DNA from: Candidatus Zixiibacteriota bacterium
GTDB taxonomy: Bacteria > Zixibacteria > MSB-5A5 > CAIYYT01
Direction of reading: 5' to 3'
Length of the DNA stretch: 21,926 nt
Assembly: GCA_040235515.1 (NCBI GenBank)
Contig: JBECKX010000097.1
Span: 1-21,926, forward strand
Program-made: the position numbers and the translations under genes
Notes under the pieces: generated by a model
Database searches by the model: none
The model's input: only the letters and a program-made list of their open reading frames with translations
Told to the model about the DNA's origin: nothing
Shown: positions 1-7,719 of the stretch, piece by piece
How the letters are laid out: every line of letters starts with the position of its first letter
Numbering within the stretch: position 1 is the stretch's first letter

Positions 1-27
1 GGGGGAAACAGCATAATGGCTTGTGAT

Positions 28-94
28 TACACACCCCCGCCCCAAACCTGCCGCTTCGCGCCATGTTTGGGACGACCCCTCTCAAGAGGGGTCG
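28..94. repeat. Two-hairpin dispersed element (ACACACCCC...CCCCTCTCnAGAGGGG type), copy 1; further copies at 352..418 and 4428..4493
   Basis: Stem cccaaacctg/catgtttggg (41-71), then a perfect 10-bp stem cgacccctct-ca-agaggggtcg (73-94). Confidence 0.8.
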
Positions 95-129
95 GGCTGC
101 GTTGACCCTGATTGGTTGGTGATGCTCTC

Positions 130-152
130 GTAGGGGCGAATGGCATTCGCCC
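130..152 (+). repeat. GTAG-type REP element
   Basis: GTAG followed by the palindrome gggcgaatg-g-cattcgccc. Identical copy at 454..476. Confidence 0.8.
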
Positions 153-188
153 TTCTCGATCTCTTACGTGAATCACCTGGGCGAGCCA

Positions 189-256
189 CGTAGCTCAAGT
201 ACCCTCGGAACTTGACTGCATCCTTCTCGTCGGGTTCCAGGCGAACCCGACCTACG
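189..256. repeat. Inverted pair of GTAG-type REPs (REPIN-like doublet)
   Basis: cgtag-ctcaagtacc-ctc-ggaacttgac (189-216) faces gtcgggttc-caggc-gaacccgac-ctacg (229-256). A degenerate copy of the second lies at 629..655. Confidence 0.7.
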
Positions 257-287
257 AACTGCTGAAGTATAGATAGCCGCTCCGGTT

Positions 288-329
288 CCCCTCTCCCACT
301 TGTGGGAGAGGGGTTAGGGGTGAGGGGGG
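288..329. repeat. CCCCTCTCCC...GGGAGAGGGG palindromic repeat with G-rich tail
   Basis: Perfect 12-bp stem cccctctcccac-tt-gtgggagagggg (288-313) followed by ttaggggtgagggggg. It translates as 'PLTPNPSPTSGRG' on the minus strand, typical of spurious ORFs made from this widespread repeat. Confidence 0.8.
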
Positions 330-452
330 AAACAGCATAATGGCTTGTGATTACACACCCCCGCCCCAAACCTGCCGCTTCGCGCCATGTTTGGGACGAC
401 CCCTCTCAAGAGGGGTCGGGCTGCGTTGACCTTGATTGGTTGGTGATGCTCT

Positions 453-527
453 CGTAGGGGCGAATGGCATTCGCCCTTGATTGTTCTCTTAACTGATTCA
501 CCTGGGCGAGTGCCACTCGCCCCTACG
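453..527. repeat. Complete REPIN-like doublet (inverted GTAG REPs)
   Basis: cgtaggggcgaatggcattcgccc (453-476), a 27-nt spacer, then gggcgagtgccactcgcccctacg (504-527). Confidence 0.8.
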
Positions 528-659
528 CCGACGTACATCATGCACGTCCACGGTACCCCACCCAACGGGTGGGTTCTCGATTCTGGCGGCTCCCGTTTGG
601 AATTCGCAACTCTGTCTGCAATTTCTTAGTAGGGTTCCAAGCGAACCCGACGTGCAGCC

Positions 660-1727
660 CTAGTACTCCTTCAACTCCTCTTCCCCCTTCAAATACCGCA
701 TCCCCGCTGCCGCCAATGCCTCCATCTCAAACTCGCCGGGCACGACCGCGAACCGGCCCAGAAAACCTGCATACTTCTCAATCTCTGCGACAAGCCGCTT
801 TGAATTTGCCATTCCGCCGGTCAATACAACCGCCTCAAACTTGCCCTCCAGCGCCACCGCGGCCTGCCCGATCTCTTTGGCGATCTGATACGCCATCGCA
901 TTGAAGTACATCAGCGCCTTCTCATCACCGCCATTGATCATCTTCTCAGCATCCCGCAAGTCGGCGGCTCCGATGTAGGCCACCAATCCCGATTTCTTCG
1001 AGAGTTTATCGAGCAACTCCTTCTCTTCGTACTTCCCGGAGTAGCAAAGCTTCACCAACGGCCCAATCGGCAGCGCACCAGCGCGATCCACCGAAAATGG
1101 TCCCATCCCCAGCAGGGCATCATTCACATCGACCACCAACCCACCTTGCAGCGCCGCCACAGACACTCCGCCTCCCATGTGCGCGCAGACGAAGTTGACT
1201 TCTTCCAACTTTTTCCCCAGCTTGGCTGCCTCACGACGGCAAACTTCTTTGATATTGAGCGCATGCACTCGGCACTTGCGCTCAAAGTCGGGGATGCCGC
1301 TCACGCGCGCGATGTCGGTGAAGTTGTCCACCGTAATCGGATCAGAAATCAGGCAGGGCACTCCATACCGCTCACCCAGATGGTGCGCGATGATTGCGCC
1401 GAGGTTGGATGCATGATTGGAGTACTTCATCGTACGGACCGCCTCAAGCATGGCAGAATTGATGCCATACGCACCACCCTCCAGCGGTTTTAACGGCGCT
1501 CCCCGTCCTATCACAGCCTTGATCTCCTTGCCTGCAGCGCCGACCTGATTCAGCCAGGCATCGATCTGACCCATGCGGAACTCGAACTGATCCGCAACAT
1601 TGTCATACTTCTCGAGTTCGCTGCGTTCATGCGCGATCGTCTCCGCTGCGATCAGCTTATCCCCATCAAACAGCGCCATCTTGGTGGAGGTAGAACCGGG
1701 GTTAATGATTATCAGGTAATCAGCCAT
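660..1727 (-). CDS. buk: Butyrate kinase (acetate/butyrate kinase family), 355 aa
   Basis: Motifs INPGSTSTK, HASNLGA, HALN, HMGGGVSV, GPFS..RAG, LTGGMA and PGEFE. Purine-rich SD-like ataaggga lies upstream. Confidence 0.93.
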   Translation of the reverse strand: MADYLIIINPGSTSTKMALFDGDKLIAAETIAHERSELEKYDNVADQFEFRMGQIDAWLNQVGAAGKEIKAVIGRGAPLKPLEGGAYGINSAMLEAVRTMKYSNHASNLGAIIAHHLGERYGVPCLISDPITVDNFTDIARVSGIPDFERKCRVHALNIKEVCRREAAKLGKKLEEVNFVCAHMGGGVSVAALQGGLVVDVNDALLGMGPFSVDRAGALPIGPLVKLCYSGKYEEKELLDKLSKKSGLVAYIGAADLRDAEKMINGGDEKALMYFNAMAYQIAKEIGQAAVALEGKFEAVVLTGGMANSKRLVAEIEKYAGFLGRFAVVPGEFEMEALAAAGMRYLKGEEELKEY

Positions 1728-1783
1728 TTCCCTTATCCTTGCTTAGAATCAGAGCCATCATCATTTCCTGATCTGAATGAGAA

Positions 1784-1818
1784 AGGCGCTCAACCCAACG
1801 AACCCAAGCCGAGCGCCC
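1784..1818 (-). terminator. Strand-specific RNA hairpin between iorB and buk (weak terminator or stabilising stem)
   Basis: Minus-strand GGGCGCUCGGCUUGG-GUUCG-UUGGGUUGAGCGCCU forms 15 pairs, 7 of them G-U, followed by only a short U-rich tail (UUCUCAUU). Confidence 0.5.
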
Positions 1819-1856
1819 ATCCTCTAAAGCAATCGCAGTGATCAACTGGCTTGCAG

Positions 1857-2471
1857 TTACGCAGTCACTGCGTCCAACTTGATTTCACGCCCCCGCGCAA
1901 AAGCCTTCAGATTTATCTCGACGAAGCGTTCTTTTACCTGCTTCCTGATCACTTCCAGCCACAGATCCTCCGGGAAGGGGAGATAGTTCGAAAGCACACC
2001 CAACAGGATCGTGTTCACCAATCTTGGGTTCCCCAATTCACCGGCGATCTTGTCGGCGGCCACATCGATTACACGCGAAGTCTTGGCCTTCATCTGATCA
2101 ACCGCATCATACGGATACTCATACTGTTTGGATGACGTCACAATCGCGGGCACGAGCGTGGAATGGGAGACAATCGCCACCCCCTCCTTCTTCATCCAGT
2201 TGATCGCACGCAGACCCTCGGCTTTCTCGAATGCCATCAACACATCGACTGTGCCGAGCGCGATCGTGGGGGAGTAGACGCGATCGGCGATCCGTACATG
2301 GGAGGTAACAACTCCACCGCGCTGCGACATGCCATGGATCTCAGCTTTCTTGACATCGAGGCCCGCCTGCATCGCCACCTCGGAGATGATCTCGGATGCC
2401 AGCAGCACTCCCTGGCCACCGACACCGACGATCAGGATGTTGAACTTATGCTTGCTCATCTCGGCACTCAT
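1857..2471 (-). CDS. iorB: Indolepyruvate:ferredoxin oxidoreductase beta subunit, 204 aa
   Basis: Motifs GVGGQG, KKAEIHGMSQRGG.V.SHVR and INLKAF..G. Start reassigned to ATG 2471, which forms an ATGA overlap with the iorA stop and has a strong GGAGG upstream, rather than 2564. Confidence 0.93.
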   Translation of the reverse strand: MSAEMSKHKFNILIVGVGGQGVLLASEIISEVAMQAGLDVKKAEIHGMSQRGGVVTSHVRIADRVYSPTIALGTVDVLMAFEKAEGLRAINWMKKEGVAIVSHSTLVPAIVTSSKQYEYPYDAVDQMKAKTSRVIDVAADKIAGELGNPRLVNTILLGVLSNYLPFPEDLWLEVIRKQVKERFVEINLKAFARGREIKLDAVTA

Positions 2472-4264
2472 GATCCCACCTCCTCCGGCGTACCCTTGAA
2501 CTGGCTCTTCAGAACAATCGCCTCCTCGGGACAGACCTGCGAACAGATCGTGCATCCGGTACACTGGCTCTGATCAATCACCGCCTTGTGTCGTCCACGC
2601 TCCGTTTCTTCCGAGGCCATAATCGCAGGGCATGATACCCGGAAACAGGCTCCACACGCATTGCAGAGCTGTAAATCGACAACGTACGGTTCCTCCATAA
2701 TTCGCTTCGGCATCAGCACACACGGCCTGGTCGTGAGGATCACCGAGGGTCCCGGCGTCTCCATCTGCTGCTTGATAACATCAAGCGCGCCGTCATACTC
2801 GTAGGTGTCCATTCTGACGAAGTTTTTCACACCGAGCGCTTTGACCAGTGTCTCGATATCGGTTTCGACCGCCGGATCGCCCATCAGGGTATGACCCGTG
2901 CCGGGGTGCTCCTGCCCGCCCGTCATTGCAGTGGCGCGGTTGTCGAGGATGATCACCGTCACGTTGCTCTGGTTGTAAACGGCATCGAGCAGACCTGTAA
3001 TCCCTGAATGGAAGAAGGTGGAGTCGCCGATAACGGCAACGGTACCTTTATCTGAACCCTGTACCTTTTCCATTCCGATCGCGTTACCGATCGACGCACC
3101 CATGCAGATACAGGTATCGAGCGCATTAAGCGGTTTCAGTACGCCAAGCGTATAGCAGCCGATATCACCCGTTACCGCCACACCAAGTTTGCGGAGCGCC
3201 ATGAACGCACCGCGATGCGGGCAACCGGGGCAAAGCACCGGCGGGCGCGGAAAGAGTTCTTCGGCATCGATCTCAGGTGCATGGACCTCACCGATCACGC
3301 CGGCATCCTTCAATCCCTGCGCGACCCGCGACGGCGACAACTCACCGAGATTTCCGAAGTACTTCTTACCCTCAACCATCATTCCGGCAGCCTTGAGCTG
3401 GTCCTCATAGTACGGCTCGAGCTCTTCGACTACGATGGCGACCTCATGCTCGAGCACGAAGCGGCGCAGTTTTTCCAGCGGCAGCGGGAAACCCATGCCA
3501 ATCTTGAAGTAGTCAAACTGCGGTGCGACCTCTTTGGCATACTCATAAGCCACGCCACCGGTGATGATACCGACCTTCGAGCCATTGCTTTCAATCCGAT
3601 TCCACTCGGTTTCCTCGCTGAATTTGTGAAGTTCCCGCAGCCGCTGCGCCAGAACAACGTGACGAACACGCGCGTTGGAGGGAATCATCACATACTTTTC
3701 CGGGTCCTTGACAAACTTCCGCTCCTGCAGCTTGACCGGCTCACCCAATTCGACGACTCCCATCGTGTGGGAGATACGGGTCGTCATGCGCAGCATTACC
3801 GGAGTGTCATACTGCTCCGATAGCTCGTAGGCCGCGATCAGCATATCTTTGGCCTCCTGCGAATCGGAGGGCTCAAAGAAGGGGACCTGTGCGAATTTGG
3901 CGAAGATGCGGTTATCCTGTTCATTCTGCGAGGAGTGCATCTCCGGATCATCAGCGGAAACAAACACGAAACCGCCATTGACACCGGTATAGGCGAATGT
4001 CATCAGCGGATCGGCGGCGACATTGAGGCCGACATGCTTCATCGTCACCAGCGCACGCGCACCGCCGATCGAGGCGCCGATTCCGACCTCGAACGCCACT
4101 TTCTCGTTGGGTGACCATTGCGAGTAGATGGAGCGATGTTTCCGCGCCAGCGTTTCGAGGATCTCGGTCGATGGCGTACCGGGATAACCCACCGCCAGCC
4201 TGACACCGGCTTCCTCCGCCCCGCGCGCAACGGCTTCATTGCCTGATAAGAGTTCTTTAGCCAT
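2468..4264 (-). CDS. iorA: Indolepyruvate:ferredoxin oxidoreductase alpha subunit, 598 aa
   Basis: Motifs GNEAVARG, YPGTPSTE, NEKVA.E, MKHVGLNVAADP, RPP.LCPGCPHR, GDIGC, TPP-binding GDSTFFHSG...N, and a C-terminal 2x[4Fe-4S] ferredoxin domain (CNACGAC..CP; CTGCTICSQVCP). Confidence 0.95.
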   Translation of the reverse strand: MAKELLSGNEAVARGAEEAGVRLAVGYPGTPSTEILETLARKHRSIYSQWSPNEKVAFEVGIGASIGGARALVTMKHVGLNVAADPLMTFAYTGVNGGFVFVSADDPEMHSSQNEQDNRIFAKFAQVPFFEPSDSQEAKDMLIAAYELSEQYDTPVMLRMTTRISHTMGVVELGEPVKLQERKFVKDPEKYVMIPSNARVRHVVLAQRLRELHKFSEETEWNRIESNGSKVGIITGGVAYEYAKEVAPQFDYFKIGMGFPLPLEKLRRFVLEHEVAIVVEELEPYYEDQLKAAGMMVEGKKYFGNLGELSPSRVAQGLKDAGVIGEVHAPEIDAEELFPRPPVLCPGCPHRGAFMALRKLGVAVTGDIGCYTLGVLKPLNALDTCICMGASIGNAIGMEKVQGSDKGTVAVIGDSTFFHSGITGLLDAVYNQSNVTVIILDNRATAMTGGQEHPGTGHTLMGDPAVETDIETLVKALGVKNFVRMDTYEYDGALDVIKQQMETPGPSVILTTRPCVLMPKRIMEEPYVVDLQLCNACGACFRVSCPAIMASEETERGRHKAVIDQSQCTGCTICSQVCPEEAIVLKSQFKGTPEEVGS

Positions 4265-4349
4265 AGTTATCAGCTCTCATATTTGGATTGAAATATCAAC
4301 ATTACGAATAATAAGATACAGCATTGTCATTTCCAGTTCGTCCCGGTTG

Positions 4350-4810
4350 TTACACCCCTACGCGGGTGGCAATCATCCGTAGGGGCTCAGCATGCTGAGC
4401 CCGGGCAACCGTGTCTGGCCCGGAGGATACACACCCCGTCCCCCGAGCTTGCCGCTGCACGTCAAGTTCGGGATCCACCCCTCTCGAGAGGGGAATTCAG
4501 GGAGGTCAGACATTCCTGTCTGAGGTCCAACCATCCGGGTGCCCCACCGCCTGCGGCGGGAACGATCCCCGGTCCGTGCGCGGAGTACGTCCTCGTGCTC
4601 CGCGGTACTCATTCAAGGACTCACACAGCGTGCCCCTACGCTCTCCCGATGTGTCCATCCTTCAAGCTGGAGACCGCAGGAGGTCAGAGATACCTGCCTG
4701 ACATCGCCCGCCTTGGCGGGCGAACAGCTTCACTCCGGCATGCGATACCCACAGGAGGCTTTCGATGTCAGTAAGCGCTCCGGCGTCATTTCCGCGCAGG
4801 CGGGAATCCA
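4350..4810. repeat. Intergenic cluster of multiple different palindromic REP-like elements
   Basis: cccctacg/cgtagggg (4355-4385); perfect 20-mer gggctcagcatgctgagccc (4383-4402); two-hairpin element (4428-4493); tcagaca-ttcc-tgtctga (4506-4523) with a degenerate copy at about 4679-4702; ggtgccccaccgcctgcggcggg (4538-4560); gcggagtacg-tcct-cgtgctccgc (4580-4603); gcccctacg (4632-4640); tcgcccgcc-tt-ggcgggcga (4704-4723). Confidence 0.85.
4785..4810. repeat. GTCATTCCCGCG.AGGCGGGAATCCA-type repeat (dRS3/RPE-like, 'WIPACAGMT')
   Basis: gtcatttccgcgcaggcgggaatcca differs by one base from the widespread consensus. The minus strand translates WIPACAEMT. Confidence 0.8.
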
Positions 4811-5036
4811 TGTCTTGTCGCCCGCTGCACCCTGAACGCACTGGGCGTCTGTGAATCTTTTCACAAATAATCGAAAAATCGAGACAAAGGCAACCGTTTT
4901 TTGACGAGGAAGGGTACGCGGCAAAGAAACTCGACAAAAAAAGCACTTTTACCTCCTGAGCTTCGGTGTATACTGTCATGTAACACTTCTCAGACTCAAG
5001 AAGCGGCCTTCTTCAATCAAAAAAGGAAGGAATCAG

Positions 5037-6347
5037 ATGACTCGGATAGGCCAAACCATTCTCATGTGCTGTGTGGCGGTGGCGCTTGCGATCCTCTCAT
5101 GCGAGGACAATACGATCAACAACTATTATCTGGCGGAAGATGGCTTCTTGCGTGGTCGAATTGCGCCCGCCGACTCAGGAGCAGTCGTTCTGACCGGTAC
5201 AACTGACGTTATGGTGAGTATCGATTCAAGCGGAAATTTCTTCATGAACGGGATTCAGCCGGGTAACTATGATGTAACTGTCTATCCGGCCAACTACTCG
5301 AAACGAGTGTTCGAGGATCGAATTATAGTGGCAGGCTCGGGACTGGACTTTGGCACAATCGCGGTAAACAAACTACCTTGGCCGATCCTGAATATTACTC
5401 CTTCGGAAGGTGCGACAGATGTCGAACTAGCAACCACATTCGCGATTCAAAGCTATGAGAGCCTGAACCTGGCGAGTCTTACAACGGGAGTGACCTTTGA
5501 TCCTCCACTCGATGGTGCCTGGCGTGAAGTTCTCCTTAGCAACGGCTACAACTACTACTTTGGTCTTCCGTACGGAACTTCAAGCCAGACGCGGATTCGC
5601 TTGCTACCCGGAACCAGCTACACAGTCAGCATCGACAAATCCATAACTAACGTTGTCGGTGGTTCTGCGACTGACGATTACAGTCAGTCTTTCACGGCGG
5701 AGCCGCTCCTTGTGACTCTCTACACAACGCCGGTACCGGGAACGCCGGTCAGCCTAAGGAGCTTCCACTTCGACTTGGGCTTCAACACCTGCGTGTCGGA
5801 GAACGCGGTAAACGAGGCCGTGAGAATTGAGCCGCCAATCGGTGGCTTATGGATAGGAGACAGAGCCTGTCAGGACAACCCCTACGAGATTGAGGATGGT
5901 TACACTGAGTTTCGCTTGTTCCCGTTCGTCAATAGCCTGCCTCCAAGCACCGAGTATATACTGACCGTTTCCGGAGGTGTAGATCTCTTAGAGAATGTGT
6001 CACTACCGCGGGACACTACATTCACCTTCGTTACTGAATCCCCTCAGATAATTTCATACAGCCCGACCTCCGGTTCGGTCGTCCAGTACTTGAGCTATGT
6101 TAACATTGACTTCAATACCTCGATGGACTCCACATCTGTTGCCGAGGCGTTTGCGCTTGAAGTCCTTGATGGTGATCCAGTCCCTGGCTCCTACCGCTGG
6201 TACAGCGACTACACAACCCTTCAGTTTGCACCGGATATTCCATTTCAGTTCGGAGTAGTGTATGTCTTCCGCGTGTCAACAGCAGCTCTCTCATTAGAGG
6301 GCGCGGCGATTGAGGATGACATCGAATCGTACTTCAGAGTTCGCTAG
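5037..6347 (+). CDS. Putative lipoprotein with an N-terminal carboxypeptidase-regulatory-like beta domain and tandem Ig-like (SbsA/Big_5-like) domains, 436 aa
   Basis: SD aaggaagg; lipobox ...LAILS-C; repeated 'P..G......I.FN..MD..SV..AF', 'L.P.T.YT.S' and 'F.F.T' motifs typical of Big_5 repeats. Confidence 0.75.
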   Translation: MTRIGQTILMCCVAVALAILSCEDNTINNYYLAEDGFLRGRIAPADSGAVVLTGTTDVMVSIDSSGNFFMNGIQPGNYDVTVYPANYSKRVFEDRIIVAGSGLDFGTIAVNKLPWPILNITPSEGATDVELATTFAIQSYESLNLASLTTGVTFDPPLDGAWREVLLSNGYNYYFGLPYGTSSQTRIRLLPGTSYTVSIDKSITNVVGGSATDDYSQSFTAEPLLVTLYTTPVPGTPVSLRSFHFDLGFNTCVSENAVNEAVRIEPPIGGLWIGDRACQDNPYEIEDGYTEFRLFPFVNSLPPSTEYILTVSGGVDLLENVSLPRDTTFTFVTESPQIISYSPTSGSVVQYLSYVNIDFNTSMDSTSVAEAFALEVLDGDPVPGSYRWYSDYTTLQFAPDIPFQFGVVYVFRVSTAALSLEGAAIEDDIESYFRVR

Positions 6348-6381
6348 GAGTATGACAGGACTCAAACTGATAGGAGGTAGC

Positions 6382-7698
6382 GTGCCGCGCCGTATCCTCA
6401 TTCCATTAGGGTGTTCAGTCACTATCTCTGCATTCCTGCTGTTGCTCTCATGCAGTGATGATGTGATCAACAATTACTATCCACCTGCAAGCGCTGCCAC
6501 CGCGAGGATATCAGGACAGCTTTATCCAGCTGACAGTGGATTAGTAGTCTTGGAGGGTGATACTACTATCGAAGTCAACATCAACTGGATTGGTGTCTTT
6601 CAGGCAGCAGGAATTCCGGAGGGCACTTACGACATTTTTGTTGTCCCGGCAAATCATGGTCGGAGGATATACAGGGACGTGTACATTAGCTCGGAACGGC
6701 CCTTCATTCAAGGCTATATCATTGTATCTGTCCTCCCGTGGCCCTTCTTTTATGAAACACCATCTGGAAACTCGACAATTTCTGACTTCCAAACCGAGAT
6801 AGAGATCGTCAGTTCCGAGCAACTAAACCTCGACGATTTGAAGTCCTTGAGCTATTTCGAACCAGAGATCGCAGGGGAATGGATAGAATCGGGTGGATCA
6901 TCGAATTTCGTCTATCAATATCTATCTACACTGGACGGAAGCCAGATATTCACCCTACCGCCAACAACGACATACACACTTCACATTGACAAGAGTGTCA
7001 GGACCGTTGATGGAAAGACACTTGACAGTGATGGAGCTTTGACATTTTCAACCGAGGACCTGGAGCTTCATCTTTCCGGGGATTTGACTAACAGAGGCAA
7101 TGTTGGAATTCTGGAGCCTGATCTGCGGATCTACTTCACGACCTGCGTTTCGGAAGCTGCGGTGAGGGAGGCTGTCACATTCGATCCGCCGATACCTGGA
7201 CTCTGGGTAGCTACAGGTTGCGGTGAGGATCTTTTTGATCTGCCTGATCCTTCATATTCGTTCAAGTACTTCATGTTCGAATCCACACTCCCGGCAGAGA
7301 AAGACTACACACTGTCGGTTTCTAAATCGATTGGCTTAGTCGCCGGTTCCCCGGTAGGCGGAGACTCGGTGTTTCATATTACGACTGAATCCTACGGGAT
7401 TATTGAAATATATCCGTCAGATCGCGGGACGATTCGCGGGCCCCGTTATGCCCATGTTGAATTCAATGCAGTGATGGATACCGCCTCGGTTGAGGCCTCA
7501 TTTTCGATTACGGACGTGGATGGCGAAGTCCTTCCCGGATGGCCACGCTGGGTGAATTCGAACAGAGGTTACCTTTACTACTTTGACGAACCACTGATAT
7601 CAAATTCGATTTATCGAATCGGGCTGACTACCGATGCAAAGACCGCCGAGGGAATGAATCTGACTAGGGAGTTTGAATCAATTTTCTTCACACCGTGA
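6382..7698 (+). CDS. Paralogous Ig-like-domain lipoprotein, about 438 aa
   Basis: GTG 6382 follows AGGAGG; lipobox LLLS-C. Colinear motifs are shared with the upstream gene (SC.D..INNYY, PADSG, V.PAN, LPWP, TCVSE.AV.EAV...PPI.GLW, FN..MD..SV...F). The start codon is uncertain. Confidence 0.75.
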   Translation: MPRRILIPLGCSVTISAFLLLLSCSDDVINNYYPPASAATARISGQLYPADSGLVVLEGDTTIEVNINWIGVFQAAGIPEGTYDIFVVPANHGRRIYRDVYISSERPFIQGYIIVSVLPWPFFYETPSGNSTISDFQTEIEIVSSEQLNLDDLKSLSYFEPEIAGEWIESGGSSNFVYQYLSTLDGSQIFTLPPTTTYTLHIDKSVRTVDGKTLDSDGALTFSTEDLELHLSGDLTNRGNVGILEPDLRIYFTTCVSEAAVREAVTFDPPIPGLWVATGCGEDLFDLPDPSYSFKYFMFESTLPAEKDYTLSVSKSIGLVAGSPVGGDSVFHITTESYGIIEIYPSDRGTIRGPRYAHVEFNAVMDTASVEASFSITDVDGEVLPGWPRWVNSNRGYLYYFDEPLISNSIYRIGLTTDAKTAEGMNLTREFESIFFTP

Positions 7699-7719
7699 AG
7701 TGGCTAATGAACTTCCCCC

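Larger units (their letters stand above)
1..478. repeat. Near-perfect direct repeat, 154 bp (1..154 and 325..478, period 324 bp)
   Basis: The copies are identical except gaccCtg vs gaccTtg (108/432). Degenerate similarity continues to cacctgggcgag (about 185/510). Copy 1 starts at the window edge and may be longer. Confidence 0.95.

Noticed and set aside
82..565. Small ORFs 82..369 and 314..565
   Set aside because: They are translations of palindromic repeats (PLTPNPSP, GECHSPL) with no protein-like features.
1..655. CRISPR array
   Set aside because: The repeats are heterogeneous palindromes plus one long duplication, not identical 25-45 nt repeats with unique regular spacers. There are no cas genes in the window.
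2472..2564. N-terminal extension of iorB
   Set aside because: It overlaps the iorA ferredoxin domain. ATG 2471 has an SD and ATGA coupling.
4947..4974. Promoter for the lipoprotein pair (TATACT at 4969-4974)
   Set aside because: The -10 is good but there is no convincing -35 at 16-18 nt spacing, so it is too weak to call.
4373..4979. Several short ORFs in the iorA-lipoprotein intergenic region
   Set aside because: They are composed of repeat translations (WIPACAEMT, DSRLRGND, TPLERG) in overlapping frames.
6310..6381. Longer starts for the second lipoprotein
   Set aside because: 6310 overlaps the upstream gene, and ATG 6352 is only 1 nt from its AGGAG. GTG 6382 gives a normal-length signal peptide.
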